Source: an uncultured bacterium (lineage in GTDB: Bacteria; Chloroflexota; UBA5177; JANWHV01). From it: a stretch of DNA of 64,000 nucleotides. Each line of letters begins with the position of its first letter. The stretch's first letter is position 1. Positions 10,219 through 21,009 of the stretch are shown piece after piece. The stretch spans positions 64,001 to 128,000 of the forward strand of contig CAWHAE010000010.1 of the NCBI GenBank assembly GCA_963827235.1, in the 5' to 3' direction. The notes beneath the pieces were generated by a model. The model saw only the letters and a list, made by a program, of their open reading frames with translations. It was not told the origin of the DNA and did not search any database. Both the position numbers and the translations under genes were made by a program.

Positions 10219-10535
10219 AGTATTGCAGCGAGTTGCTGCCTACACGCTGGGTTTCGCCGCTCGTCGTCGCCACAATCCTTGGGCGCATGTCGGGCACGGG
10301 GTAGTTTGAGTCTGCCGCTACCGTCCCTTCGCCTTGCCAATCGACAATGGGTTCACGATGATGCCGCAGCCTATGGCCGCGATCAGGCGGTGCGGCGCGG
10401 AGTGGACCGCGTGCTGTTGCGCCGGGCGGGCAGGTGCACTATGCTCAGAGCGAACGAGAACCCGGCGCCGTGCGCGCGACTGCCGTCCGCCTGGCACGTG
10501 GGCGGTGGTGCCGGGCCCGTGGGCGTGGAGGCGCT

Positions 10536-13466
10536 GTGCAGCGCAGGGACCCCGACCCACCCTTCGGGGTGCTGCTACGACACTATCGGGAGGCTGCCGG
10601 CCTGACGCAGGAAGCGCTGGCCGAGCGGTCGGGGGTGAGCGCGCGTGCGGTCAGCGACCTGGAGCGCGGCGTCAACCGCGCTCCGCGCGCGGACACGCTC
10701 GGGCTGCTGGTGGGCGCCCTCGGTCTGGCGCCGGCGGAGCGGCGCGGGCTAGAGGCAGCCGCGCATGGGCATGACGACGCCAGTGCGGCGCCACCGGCTG
10801 CCGGCGAGCGGATACAGGAAGAGGCGCCGCCGCTGGTGGGCCGGGCGGCCGAGCTGGCCCTGCTCGAGCGGCACCTGGCGGGTCGGGGCCCGCCGGTGCT
10901 GCTGCTGGCCGGCGAGCCTGGTATCGGCAAGACCCGGCTGCTGCAGCACGCCGCGCAGCAGGCCCCAGCCGCAGGCTGGCGGGTGCTGGCGGGAGGCTGC
11001 CATCGACTGGGCGGTCAGGCGCCCTATGCCCCGCTGCTCGAGGCGCTGGAGCAGCACCTGAGGAGCCGGGCACCGGTCCAGGTGCGCGCGGACCTGCAGG
11101 GCTGTGCCTGGCTGGTCCGCTTGCTGCCGGAGCTGGCCGATGGGCTGATCGAGCCGTTGCCGGGCTGGGTCGTCACGCCTGAGCAGGAGCGCCGGCTGCT
11201 GTTCCGGGCGGTAGCCAGGTTCGTGGCCAACGTGGCGGGCCCGGCAGGGACCGTGCTGTTGCTGGACGACCTGCAGTGGGCAGGCGCCGACGCGCTGGAC
11301 CTGCTGGTCACGCTCGTGCGCGCCACCGGCACGCCGTTGCGGGTGATCGGCGCTTACCGGACCACGGACATCACCGCGGACCATCCCCTCGCGCTCACCT
11401 GTGCCGAGCTGGCCGAGACGCAACTGGCGACCCTGCAGACACTCGGGCCGCTGGCCGACCATGAGGCAGAGGAGCTATTCGCGCACCTGCGCAGTGGCCG
11501 GGAGGCGGTGGCGTCGTCGGCGCAGGTGGTGCGGCGGGTGGGTGGCGTGCCCTTTTTCCTGGTCAGCTATGCCAGGAGCCTTGATGGCGAGGGCGGTGTG
11601 GAGGCTGCCCGGCTCGGGCTGCCCTGGGACGTGCGGCAGAGCCTGCAGCGGCGGGTGCGGGCGCTGCCGGAAGCAGCGCAGGCGCTGCTGGCCGCGGCAG
11701 CGGTAGCCGGGCGGGTGACGCCGCGCTTGCTGTTGCTGGCCGTGCTGGCGCGCCCGCAACCGGAGGTGATCGAGGCCCTGGAGCAGGCCTGCCGGGCCGG
11801 CCTGCTGGTGGAGGTAGGCGACGACGCCTACGGGTTCGTGCACGACGTGATTCGCGAGGTGGCGGAGAGCGACCTGGGGCAGGCGCGGCGGCGATTGTTG
11901 CACGGGCAGATAGCCGAAGCGCTGGAGGGGCCTGCCGGTGCAGCGCCCGCTGAGCTACTGGCCTACCACTATGGGCGCAGCGACGCGCCGGACCGAGCCC
12001 TGCCGTACCTGGAGCAGGCCGGTGACGCGGCGCGGGACCAGGCGGCGCATGGTGCCGCGGAGGGATATTACCGGGAGGCGATTACCCGCCTGGATGGGCT
12101 GGGCCGGGCGGTCGACGCGGCGCGCATACGGGAGAAGCTAGGCGCGGTCCTGTATACGACAGTGCACTATTCTCAGGCGCTGGAGCTGCTGGAGCAGGCG
12201 GCGACGGCGCTGCGGCTGGCGGGCGACATGGAGGGCCTGGGCCGCGCGGTGGCACGCATCGGCAACGTGCACGATCGCCAGGGAACGCTGGAGGAGGGGG
12301 TCGAGCGCCTCCTGCCACAGCTGGAGCGGCTCGAGGCGTGTGGACCGTCCCCCAGCCTGGCCGCGCTCTACCGTGCTCTGGCCGGTCTCTACATAGATCA
12401 GGGGCAGTATCGTGCGGGGCTGGCGTCGGCCACGCGGGCGGCGGAAGTTGCTCGCCTGGTCGGTGACCGAGGGCTGCTCGCCCGGGCGGAACAGGCGCGC
12501 GCTTACACGCTCTTACTGATGGGGCGCGTCGAGGAGGCCCTGGCGGCGTACCGCCATGCGAGTGTGGTGGCCGAGGCGGAGGGCGATCTCGGAGTACTCG
12601 GCTCTGTGGCCACGAGTCTGGCATGGCTTGCCGAAGAACGGGGCGAGCTTGACCGAGCCAGGCAGCACGCGACCCGCGCACGCGCGCTCGGTGAACGGCT
12701 CGGCGATCCCGTGATGACGCTTCTAGCCCTGTGCAAGTATGCGGCTCAAGCCTTCTTCAGCGGCGCGTGGGGCGAGGCACACGCCTATATCGAGCGTTTC
12801 CAGCAGCTTCCTGAGCAGGCCCCCTCCGCTGATGCCGCGGCGCCGATCGAACCCGGCCGGCTGCTGCTGGCGGAAGGGGAATGGGAGCATGCGGCCCGCT
12901 ATCTGGAGCAGTGCAGCGCCACCGCGCGGCACGCGAGCGATTTCCTCCTGGTACGGGTTGCGCAGAGTTTCCTGGCTGAGCTGGACCTGATGGAGGGGCG
13001 ACCCGAGTCGGCACTTGCGCGCCTGCTGCCGCTGCTGGACCGCGACGGCATGGAGGAGTGGATTGTGACCATCCACGTGCTGCCGGTCCTGGCCTGGACC
13101 TACCTGGAGTTGGGCGAGACCGAGCAGGCCGCGCGCACGATAGCGGAGGCGCTGCGGCGGCAGCGTGCAGGGCAGCTCCGGCGCGTACTGGTGGACACGC
13201 TGCGGGTGCAGGCGCTGGTGGCGCTGCGGCAGGGCGCGGTGCAGACCGTGGCGGAGGCTCTGGAGGAGGGGCTGACCCTGGCCCAGGCCATGCCGTATCC
13301 GCACGGCGAGGGACGACTGCTGGCGGTCTACGGCCGGCTGCACCTGGAGCGCGGCGATGTCACCTCTGCACGAGAACGGCTGAGGGCGGCGCAGGCCATC
13401 TTCCAACATCTGGGTGCGCGCAAGGACCTCGAGCAGACAGAGCAGCTGCTGGCGACGGTCGGCTGA
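10536..13466 (+). CDS. XRE HTH - AAA ATPase (STAND) - TPR regulator
   Basis: LTQEALAERSGVSARAVSDLERG HTH; Walker A GEPGIGKT; LLLDDLQWA; GGVPFF; TPR-like C-terminus; GTG start at 10536 after GGAGG. Confidence 0.9.
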   Translation: MQRRDPDPPFGVLLRHYREAAGLTQEALAERSGVSARAVSDLERGVNRAPRADTLGLLVGALGLAPAERRGLEAAAHGHDDASAAPPAAGERIQEEAPPLVGRAAELALLERHLAGRGPPVLLLAGEPGIGKTRLLQHAAQQAPAAGWRVLAGGCHRLGGQAPYAPLLEALEQHLRSRAPVQVRADLQGCAWLVRLLPELADGLIEPLPGWVVTPEQERRLLFRAVARFVANVAGPAGTVLLLDDLQWAGADALDLLVTLVRATGTPLRVIGAYRTTDITADHPLALTCAELAETQLATLQTLGPLADHEAEELFAHLRSGREAVASSAQVVRRVGGVPFFLVSYARSLDGEGGVEAARLGLPWDVRQSLQRRVRALPEAAQALLAAAAVAGRVTPRLLLLAVLARPQPEVIEALEQACRAGLLVEVGDDAYGFVHDVIREVAESDLGQARRRLLHGQIAEALEGPAGAAPAELLAYHYGRSDAPDRALPYLEQAGDAARDQAAHGAAEGYYREAITRLDGLGRAVDAARIREKLGAVLYTTVHYSQALELLEQAATALRLAGDMEGLGRAVARIGNVHDRQGTLEEGVERLLPQLERLEACGPSPSLAALYRALAGLYIDQGQYRAGLASATRAAEVARLVGDRGLLARAEQARAYTLLLMGRVEEALAAYRHASVVAEAEGDLGVLGSVATSLAWLAEERGELDRARQHATRARALGERLGDPVMTLLALCKYAAQAFFSGAWGEAHAYIERFQQLPEQAPSADAAAPIEPGRLLLAEGEWEHAARYLEQCSATARHASDFLLVRVAQSFLAELDLMEGRPESALARLLPLLDRDGMEEWIVTIHVLPVLAWTYLELGETEQAARTIAEALRRQRAGQLRRVLVDTLRVQALVALRQGAVQTVAEALEEGLTLAQAMPYPHGEGRLLAVYGRLHLERGDVTSARERLRAAQAIFQHLGARKDLEQTEQLLATVG

Positions 13467-13538
13467 CGAGTGCCAGTGCCAGTCAGCTGTGCTCGAGTGG
13501 TTGCGGGTGCTGATGGCTGCACGCGAAGCACTCGAGAT

Positions 13539-13625
13539 ATCGGCGCCGTGATCGCGCCGGGCACAGCATCCGCCGAGTCTGAAGTCGGCTGACGCGACCG
13601 AGCCCGACCGCATAGACATACAGTG
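13539..13625. repeat. 87-bp direct repeat, copy 2
   Basis: Matches 10132-10218 at 85 of 87 positions. Confidence 0.95.
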
Positions 13626-13797
13626 CTGTCCTGAAAGAACCCCACGATATCTTCCTTGCTGGTTGATGCCCCACAACTCGGTGCCCTTGCCCTTCACTCC
13701 CTCGCAGCAGGGGCAATTGAATCACCGTGTCCTGTCGTCGCTGACCTGGGTTCTCTCCGCCGATGGGGGGATGATCCGAGTCCACTGCATCAGGCTG

Positions 13798-15642
13798 CTA
13801 GCCGTTCTGTGATCCAACTTCACCTTGATTGGGGGCGGTCGGCAACCGCAGACGAAAGATGCTGCCCTGCGGCCCGCTGGTTTCCAGGTCCAGATCGCCG
13901 CCCATCTCCTCCACCAGACGGCGGCTGAGGAACAACCCCAGTCCGGTTGCCACGCGGCCTGCTCGCGTGCGGCTGCCCGCCACCCGGCCAAACCGCGTGA
14001 AGAGGACCTCGCGCCCCTGGGCCGGAATCCCGGGCCCACGATCCCGCACCCGAATCACACCCATCCCGTCTTCCACGCTGCAACTGACGGCGATAGGACT
14101 GCCCGCAGGCGAATACTTGGCAGCATTGTCGATCAGATTGACGAGCACCCGAACCACGCGGCCGCGGTCAGCTAGCACCTGGATCGCACCTTGGTCGTCG
14201 AGCGCAATGTCCTGATCCTCGTAGCTGGCCTGGACTTCGTCCCTCGCCTGGCGCAGTACGTCGGTGACGCCGATCGGGACCGCGGTCGGTGGCAATGCTG
14301 CTCGCTCGAGGCTGCTGAGCAAGAGCAGATCCTCCACCACAAGACGCTGCCGGTGGGCGGCGACCACGATCTTGTGCAGCTGATCCACGCGGCGCATGTC
14401 ATCAAGCTCTGTCCATCGTGCCTCGAGCAGATCGCTGTAGCCGATCATTGCGGTGAGCGGTGTGCGCAACTCGTGGCTGACCGAAGCCACGAAGTCATCC
14501 TTCAGGCGGGCCACCTCTTCCGCGATACGCGCGCGTTCCTGCTCCAGCTGAAACAGGCGGGCATTGCGCGATACCTGAGCAAGAGCCTGCGCGTGAAGTT
14601 GCCTGTTATCGAGCATCACCACCGCCTGACGCGCCAGCAAAAGCAATACGACGAGAACCGACGCCGTGACAACGCCGGCAGCCAGCGCCTGCGAGGGATG
14701 GGCAAGCGGTATCTGCAGCAGGAGCATGGCGAGAGGCGGCAGCGCCGCGTAGGGAAGGAACAGCCGCCACAGGGAGAACCTGCCACCGGTGTCGTTGCCG
14801 CCTGGTGCGGGGTTCGTCGATGACTGTCGCAGGATGAGGAATCCGTAGCCGACCAGGAGCGTTGCTGTCGGCACCGTCACATCCTGGATGTTGCCGAAGC
14901 TCAAGGGATGGTGAAGCGTATAGAAGCCGACAATCGAGTCCCCGACGCTGAGGGTGAGCAGGCCAGCGACGAACAGGCGCCTGACCGGCACCAACTGCGA
15001 AGACAACGGTGACAGACACAACAGCGCCACGGGGAATATCATCACCAGGTCGAAGAGTGGTGCCGTCGCCTCCACCACCTGATTCGTCGCACCGCCGGTA
15101 CTCCCCAGCACGGCCGGACCGAGCAGATAGTACCAGCTGCATGCCGCCGCGGCCGTGAAGAGCAGCAGGCTGTCAAACAGCAACTGCTCGCGCGCGTACC
15201 AGGACGACGGATAGCCGACAACACCGAGGGCGGCGATCAGCATGCAGCCATAGCTCAGCGCAAAGAGCACGCCGCTGGCGGCGGGCATCTGCAGCGAGGC
15301 GTGACCGTCACGAAGCAGGTCGGGCACATAGCTGGCCGCCACGAATGTATACCCCAGCGCGGCAGCGGCGAAGCCGACGCCTCCGATCTGCACCACCCGT
15401 CGGTAGGCATCGGTATCCCGTATCCGCCTTCCGCCGCCGAAACAGAACAGGACCGCCACGAGTGGCGCGAGCACTTGCATCAGCGCATCGACCGAGAGTA
15501 CGAACGTCGACGGTACGGGACGCAGGAGCAGGCAGAGCGAAAACAGCGCCATGACCGCGAGTGTCGCTGCCACGAGGGCAGACAGTCGGACTGGGTTATC
15601 GGAGCGAAGCACGGTAGGCATGCTCATCAGCGGCGGTCGCAC
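13798..15642 (-). CDS. Membrane sensor histidine kinase (multi-TM input, HisKA, HATPase); no adjacent response regulator
   Basis: SVSHELRTPLT H-box; NLIDNAAKYS; DRGPGI; GLGLFLS; about 9-10 N-terminal TM segments. Confidence 0.9.
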   Translation of the reverse strand: MRPPLMSMPTVLRSDNPVRLSALVAATLAVMALFSLCLLLRPVPSTFVLSVDALMQVLAPLVAVLFCFGGGRRIRDTDAYRRVVQIGGVGFAAAALGYTFVAASYVPDLLRDGHASLQMPAASGVLFALSYGCMLIAALGVVGYPSSWYAREQLLFDSLLLFTAAAACSWYYLLGPAVLGSTGGATNQVVEATAPLFDLVMIFPVALLCLSPLSSQLVPVRRLFVAGLLTLSVGDSIVGFYTLHHPLSFGNIQDVTVPTATLLVGYGFLILRQSSTNPAPGGNDTGGRFSLWRLFLPYAALPPLAMLLLQIPLAHPSQALAAGVVTASVLVVLLLLARQAVVMLDNRQLHAQALAQVSRNARLFQLEQERARIAEEVARLKDDFVASVSHELRTPLTAMIGYSDLLEARWTELDDMRRVDQLHKIVVAAHRQRLVVEDLLLLSSLERAALPPTAVPIGVTDVLRQARDEVQASYEDQDIALDDQGAIQVLADRGRVVRVLVNLIDNAAKYSPAGSPIAVSCSVEDGMGVIRVRDRGPGIPAQGREVLFTRFGRVAGSRTRAGRVATGLGLFLSRRLVEEMGGDLDLETSGPQGSIFRLRLPTAPNQGEVGSQNG

Positions 15643-15800
15643 CCTCGGCTATCGCGGTCGTCCCGGCTGAATACGCTTCTTCAGAGAACCAGCGAGTGGA
15701 CACCATTCTAGCATGGTGTAGGCGGGATGTTGTTGCAAGAGGCCATTATGGGGTTTTCTGCACATCCCCTCAAGATGGTGCACCAATACTACAGCGACAC

Positions 15801-16145
15801 TTAGGCAGCGGCCTCCTCGCTCTGGTCGCTGATCTGGTCAGCCAGGGCGGCGCGGATCTGTGCCCAAAGGCCGCTCCGGTGCCAGCGCTGGTAGCGACTG
15901 TGCACGGTCTTCCAGGGACCGCAGTGCCGGGGCACGGCGGACCACGCGCAGCCGGTCTGCTCGACCCAGAGCATGGCGGCGACCGTGACCGCTCCTGGCT
16001 GGCCACAAACGTCGTGATCAGTGCCCACCCGCCTGCGCCACCGGGCCAGAAGCAACTGCCGCCTGGTACGAGGGCGCACCCTCCATAGCGTGTGCGGATG
16101 CCGGACGAACGGGACGGTGCCGGCAGCCCCGCCGGCGAGTTCCAA
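15801..16145 (-). mobile_element. Transposase remnant (IS5-family DUF4096-like segment)
   Basis: MLWVEQTGCAWSAVPRHCGPWKTVHSRYQRWHRSGLWAQI; no DDE domain present. Confidence 0.7.
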
Positions 16146-16574
16146 GAGCGGGGCTGCGTTTGCGAACGGGCCTGCGTCAGTGTCTTGATCGTGAGCAACG
16201 TGGTAGTCACTTGCGCCGGATTGAAGCAGTCATGCGTGTGCGTCATCGGTGCCCGGCACGCGGGCATACGCCGCCAGCAGACAGATTACCCCCCGCGCTC
16301 GTAAACCAGCCAGTGTGCTCGCCGTGCCAAAATCGGCAGATTTGCAATATGCTCTTGACAGAGAAGCATTATGCAGGACGCGGCCGGCCCCGGAGTGCCC
16401 TTCTTGGTCTGGCAGAGGTAGCGCGGGCGATCACGTGATCGGGGCGCAGGTGTTAGCGTTGTTTCGTGTGCCTTTGGAGGGTCGAGAAACATCCTGGCCG
16501 CACTGGTCTAAATAGGGAACGATTGGCGGTCCATAGCGATAAGGACAGGCGGTCCAAAGTGGTACGCTAGAGGC

Positions 16575-17816
16575 ATGGCTGCGTATGTTTCCCGGCTTGC
16601 CGACGCTGTACTGACCCAACTGCTCGCCTCCCTGCCGGCGCTCCTACTGGTCGGGCCGCGCGCCACGGGCAAGACCACCACGGCGCGCCGCCACGCGGCG
16701 AGCGTCGTGCGTCTTGACCGGCCCGCTGAGGCTGCGGCCTTTATCGCCGACCCTGACGCCGCGCTGCGGGTCTTGGCCGAACCGGTCCTGCTCGACGAGT
16801 GGCAGGTCGTGCCCGGTGTGCTCGGGGCCGTGAAGCGTGCGGTTGACGACAATCCAGGTCCGGGTCGCTTTCTGCTCACGGGCAGCGTGACCGCCGACCT
16901 GTACGCTGCCACCTGGCCAGGAACCGGTCGGCTGGTGCGCATTCCCATGTACGGGCTGACCATGCGGGAACTGACCGGTCACCCTGCTGGTCTGAGCTTC
17001 ATCGACCTGCTGGCGACCGGCAGCCTCGGCCTGCTGCCACTGCCGCCAGCACTGCCCGACCTTGCCGGGTATGTGGACCTGGCGCTCCAGGGTGGCTTTC
17101 CCGAGGCGGTGGTCGGATCTGCAGCGGACGTCCGCACGACGTGGCTGGACGGGTATCTCGAGCAGCTCCTCACCCGCGACGCCGCGGGCATTGCGGCGCG
17201 TGACCCGGCCAGACTGCGGCGCTATTTCGAGGTGTTGGCCCTGAATTCCGCTGGGCTTGCGGAGCAGAAGACCTTGTATGATGCCGCCGGGATTGATCGC
17301 AAGACCGCTGATGCCTACGAACAGCTGCTGATCAATCTGCTGGTCCTTGAGCTTGTGCCTGCCTGGATGACCAATCGCCTCGCCCGCCTGGTGAAGAGCG
17401 CCAAGCGCTATTTGGTCGATCCTTCGCTCATGGCCGCGGCGCTGCGCCTGGACCGTGCCGCGGTGCTGGCGGACGGCAACCTCCTGGGGCGCATCCTTGA
17501 CACGCTCGTTGCGGCCCAACTGCGTCCGGAGCTGGCCTTGAGTCCCACGCGCGCACGGCTTTACCATCTACGGGAGAAGAACGAACGGCGGGAGGTCGAT
17601 CTCGTGGCGGAGCTGAGGGCAGAGCGGATAGTGGCGATCGAAGTGAAGGCCACCGCAGCGCCCACACCGGGTGACGCACAGCACCTGACCTGGTTGCGTG
17701 CCGTGCTGGGTGATCGCTTCGCGGCTGGGGCCGTGCTCCACACCGGACCCGGCCAGTTCGTGCTGGGCGAGCGCATCATGGCGCTGCCCATCGCCACCAT
17801 CTGGGGACCGCGCTGA
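16575..17816 (+). CDS. AAA_14 ATPase with DUF4143 (PD-(D/E)xK-like) C-terminus
   Basis: GPRATGKTT; LLDEWQ; FLLTGS; GGFPE; KRYLVD; REVDLV...AIEVKA. Confidence 0.9.
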   Translation: MAAYVSRLADAVLTQLLASLPALLLVGPRATGKTTTARRHAASVVRLDRPAEAAAFIADPDAALRVLAEPVLLDEWQVVPGVLGAVKRAVDDNPGPGRFLLTGSVTADLYAATWPGTGRLVRIPMYGLTMRELTGHPAGLSFIDLLATGSLGLLPLPPALPDLAGYVDLALQGGFPEAVVGSAADVRTTWLDGYLEQLLTRDAAGIAARDPARLRRYFEVLALNSAGLAEQKTLYDAAGIDRKTADAYEQLLINLLVLELVPAWMTNRLARLVKSAKRYLVDPSLMAAALRLDRAAVLADGNLLGRILDTLVAAQLRPELALSPTRARLYHLREKNERREVDLVAELRAERIVAIEVKATAAPTPGDAQHLTWLRAVLGDRFAAGAVLHTGPGQFVLGERIMALPIATIWGPR

Positions 17817-18025
17817 GTGCCTTTCGGGCCATCTGCAGCAGCAGACGGGAACCAGCCGCCAAACCGGCGCGGCGTTGGCATTCGTCCGCACACCGTGTGA
17901 GAGTCGCGGGCAAACGCCCAGACTCGTGGACAACGCTGCTGTACCGGCGCGAGCCGTGCCCATACGCCGCGGGCACTGTGACCACATCGACCATGGTGTG
18001 GCGCATACAGCAGAAAGGCCCGCAG

Positions 18026-18553
18026 ATGTCTGTCAATCGTGCTGGTACTGCCCTGGTTCCGTACTTCGGTGCTGGCGATGACGGGGCGCTCGCCTGGCTA
18101 CGGCTCTCCCGCTCGGAGCGGCGTCGGACCGCCATGCAGGCGGCGCACGAGCACGACGTGCGCACGCTCTGGAGCTTGACCGAAGCCTGGCTGCGCTCCT
18201 ATGGCAGCGCTGGCGCGTCGGTCTCGGCCAACACTGTCCGCAACTATCACACCGGTGTCCGGCTGTTTCTGGAGGCGTGGGTGCGGATCGATCTCTTGCA
18301 TCCCGACCTCGATGCGGCGACGTCCTACCTGCGGCAGCCGGAGCGGCGCGGGTTGGCGCCGGCGACCACCCAGGGGCGGCTGACTGCCGCGCGCGGGCTC
18401 TACGCGGCGTTGCGCTGGGCGCATGCGGTGAGCGTGGACCCCTTCACCGAATGCCGACCGCCACGCGATATGACGCCAGCCTGGGAGAAGCGGATGCCCT
18501 ATGCCGACGACGAAGTAGCCGCCCTCCTGCAGGCCGCGACCGACCCGGCCGAT
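18026..18553 (+). pseudogene. Tyrosine recombinase/integrase N-terminal remnant; catalytic domain lost
   Basis: SANTVRNY, LAPATTQGRLTAARGLY, DPF...PY.DDEVAALL, then abrupt loss of similarity with no R-H-R-Y residues. Confidence 0.75.
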
Positions 18554-18878
18554 CATTGCCATTGGCTCTGCTTCGGCCCGTACCACACCGGCCAACATGT
18601 TTGCCCCGACTGCTCGGGACGGGTCAGCGAGCGCTCCGCGAGTCTGAGCGCCAATACCATCGCCAAAGGCGAGCAGGGACGCAACCGCTCCCTGCCGGCG
18701 GCCACTCGTCGCCCTGACCGCTGCGCTCCGTGCCGGACGGAGCGCAGCGCGCTACTCCATGCCGCGCGTGCCGGAATGGCCCTGGCGCCGCGTGGCCCGC
18801 GAATCTTCCCGCCGGCGCCGACTCGCTGCGGCCGGTGCCGTACCCGCGTGGTGACGCCGGCCGGCCCTGGTGGTGCGG

Positions 18879-19613
18879 TCAGAGGACGTCGCGGCGGGTG
18901 ATCAGCGGGAGGGCAATGAGCGCGAGGACAGCCGGCCAGGCGATGAGCACCATGGCGCCGATCTCCGGTGCGATGAGGTTCTTGTCCGTCACCCCGATGA
19001 GGGCGTCCGCGGCACGCTCCGGCGTGAAGCGACCGACGGAGGGGACAAGGCTGAAGAGCAGGTTGTCGATGAATAAACCCCAGGCAAGGAGGGTGATGAC
19101 TGCGCCGACCTGATTGCGGATGATCGTGCCGAGCCCGACGCCCATGACGCCCCAGACAGCGGCCGAGGCAAGCGTTCCGAGCAGGAGTTGGGCGATGTCG
19201 CCGCCACCGAGTGAGAGCGCTATGCCGCGCCCGGACAGAATCGCGTAGCCGATCGCGAAGCCCACTCCCTCGCCAAGAGTGCCGAAGAGCAGACCGGCGA
19301 GCGCGCCGGCGGCGAGCTTCGCTGCGAGTACGCGTGGTCGCCTCGGCGTGAACAGGAATGTTGGGCGGATCGTCCCGTAGCGATACTCGCTGGTCACCAG
19401 CAGGACCCCGGCGAGCCCCGAGAAGATGCCAGCCAGACTGCCGAGACCGAGCAGCTGCCGCTGATTCTCGGCGCCGGAGAGTGTGCCGGCATGGCTCAGC
19501 AGCCCGGTCAGGGCGGAAACGAGGATCATGAGCGCGATCATGCCGAGCAGCAGGCCGAACGCCGTGCGTGTTGAGCGCAACTTGAGGAGCTCCGCCTTGG
19601 TCAGCGCAATCAT
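18879..19613 (-). CDS. ABC-2 type transporter permease
   Basis: AELLKLRS, EYRYGTIRPTFLFTPRR, C-terminal RRDV; six TM helices. Confidence 0.9.
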   Translation of the reverse strand: MIALTKAELLKLRSTRTAFGLLLGMIALMILVSALTGLLSHAGTLSGAENQRQLLGLGSLAGIFSGLAGVLLVTSEYRYGTIRPTFLFTPRRPRVLAAKLAAGALAGLLFGTLGEGVGFAIGYAILSGRGIALSLGGGDIAQLLLGTLASAAVWGVMGVGLGTIIRNQVGAVITLLAWGLFIDNLLFSLVPSVGRFTPERAADALIGVTDKNLIAPEIGAMVLIAWPAVLALIALPLITRRDVL

Positions 19614-19926
19614 GGCCGTGCTCCAGTGGTCAGTTCAAGGAAGACCTCCTCGAGCGAGGAACCTTCGGTGAACAGTTCGTAAATCGGGATCCCTGCGGCG
19701 AACGCGATGTCGCCGACGCGGTCGCTGGTGGCACCGTGGACGAGCAGGACATGGGGGTCGCCAGCCCGAGCAGCATACGGAGCGTCGTCGTTTTGCCTGC
19801 GCCATTCGGCCCGAGAAATCCGGTGATCGTGCCGGCTTGCAGCGTGAATGAGAGGTCGGCCACGGCCAGGACCTCGCCAAAGCGCTTCGTCAGTGACTCA
19901 GCGCGCACGACTGCGCTCACGTGCAT
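19610..19926 (-). pseudogene. ABC ATP-binding subunit with a large internal deletion
   Basis: N-terminus with Walker [10 protein letters not shown] joined out of frame near 19752 to the C-terminal tail [11 protein letters not shown]; signature motif and Walker B absent. Confidence 0.85.
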
Positions 19927-21005
19927 CCTCCTGTCCCGGTGCCTGGCAGCGAGGGTGTCGTGTCGGCCCGCCGATAGAAGTCGGCCACTGCTTTGAACGA
20001 CTCCTTGGGCTCCCACGTCATATCGGGATAGGTGGTGCCATGTTTGCCGCCAGTATAGCTTTTCACCAGGCTGGGGCTCTCCCGGTCGAGGTCGTATTGC
20101 GGATCGTCGTCGTACGGCCTGACCGGATAGATGAATGTGCTGACGAACGCGCCATCCACGCCCGCGCGGTCGAGCAGTTGCAACTGCTCGACCAGCCTGC
20201 TCGCCTGTACGCCCTCGTCGCGTTCGTCAATCTGCGCCAGACGCGTCCGGACGAAGCGCCCCACAACGGGCAATCGGTGCAGGGTGAAGCTCCACCCATC
20301 GATATGCCCTATCGCCAGGACTCCTGACACCACTGGCGCCGAGGTGGTGGGGAAACCGAACTCCGTCACGACCACCGGTTTGTTGAAGGCGAAGAGCGGC
20401 GTGAGCATATCGAGGTAGCGATCTTTGATCCGCTCAGCCCAGTAATGGTCAACGCCCACGACGTCGAAGATGCTCCAGTCGACGTGCTCCCAAATGAGCG
20501 ACGCATAGGTGACGGGTCCGTGAAAGACCTGGCGCACGGCGGCAGTCGACCGAGCCAGATGGTCGTTGAGCGGCTTGTTATGCCGGCCGCTCTTCACGGT
20601 GTCTCCAGCCATCATCTGTTGCAGACGCTTCATGAGCCGCCTGCCCGGGATGATGCCCTGCATAAACAACGTGAGCTCCGAGCCAACGCTGAAGACGAGC
20701 TGGCCCGGATACCGCGCGCGCACCCGTTCGGCCGCCACCGCGGCTCTGGTGACGTAGTCGAGCGTCTGCCGCGGGCGCTTATCCCACAATAGCGGCGAGA
20801 GCCAGACCTCGAGACCCAGCTGCGCGGCTGCCTCGGCCGTGTCTATCAAGCGACCAAGGTCCCGGCCAGTAATGCGCACCGCGGTGCAGTGCAGATCGCG
20901 GCCGATGATCTCCAGTTCGCGCCGCACGATCCGCGGATCATAATCCGGGCGCCAATTGCCGCCCATCACGCTCCCCACGTCGTAGCTCACTCCTCTTCGA
21001 TGCAT
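19917..21005 (-). CDS. Glycoside-hydrolase-like TIM-barrel protein of unknown function (family often loosely annotated as abortive infection protein)
   Basis: [35 protein letters not shown] (clan GH-A-like Glu pair), WEPKESF. Confidence 0.7.
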   Translation of the reverse strand: MHRRGVSYDVGSVMGGNWRPDYDPRIVRRELEIIGRDLHCTAVRITGRDLGRLIDTAEAAAQLGLEVWLSPLLWDKRPRQTLDYVTRAAVAAERVRARYPGQLVFSVGSELTLFMQGIIPGRRLMKRLQQMMAGDTVKSGRHNKPLNDHLARSTAAVRQVFHGPVTYASLIWEHVDWSIFDVVGVDHYWAERIKDRYLDMLTPLFAFNKPVVVTEFGFPTTSAPVVSGVLAIGHIDGWSFTLHRLPVVGRFVRTRLAQIDERDEGVQASRLVEQLQLLDRAGVDGAFVSTFIYPVRPYDDDPQYDLDRESPSLVKSYTGGKHGTTYPDMTWEPKESFKAVADFYRRADTTPSLPGTGTGGCT

Positions 21006-21009
21006 GGCG

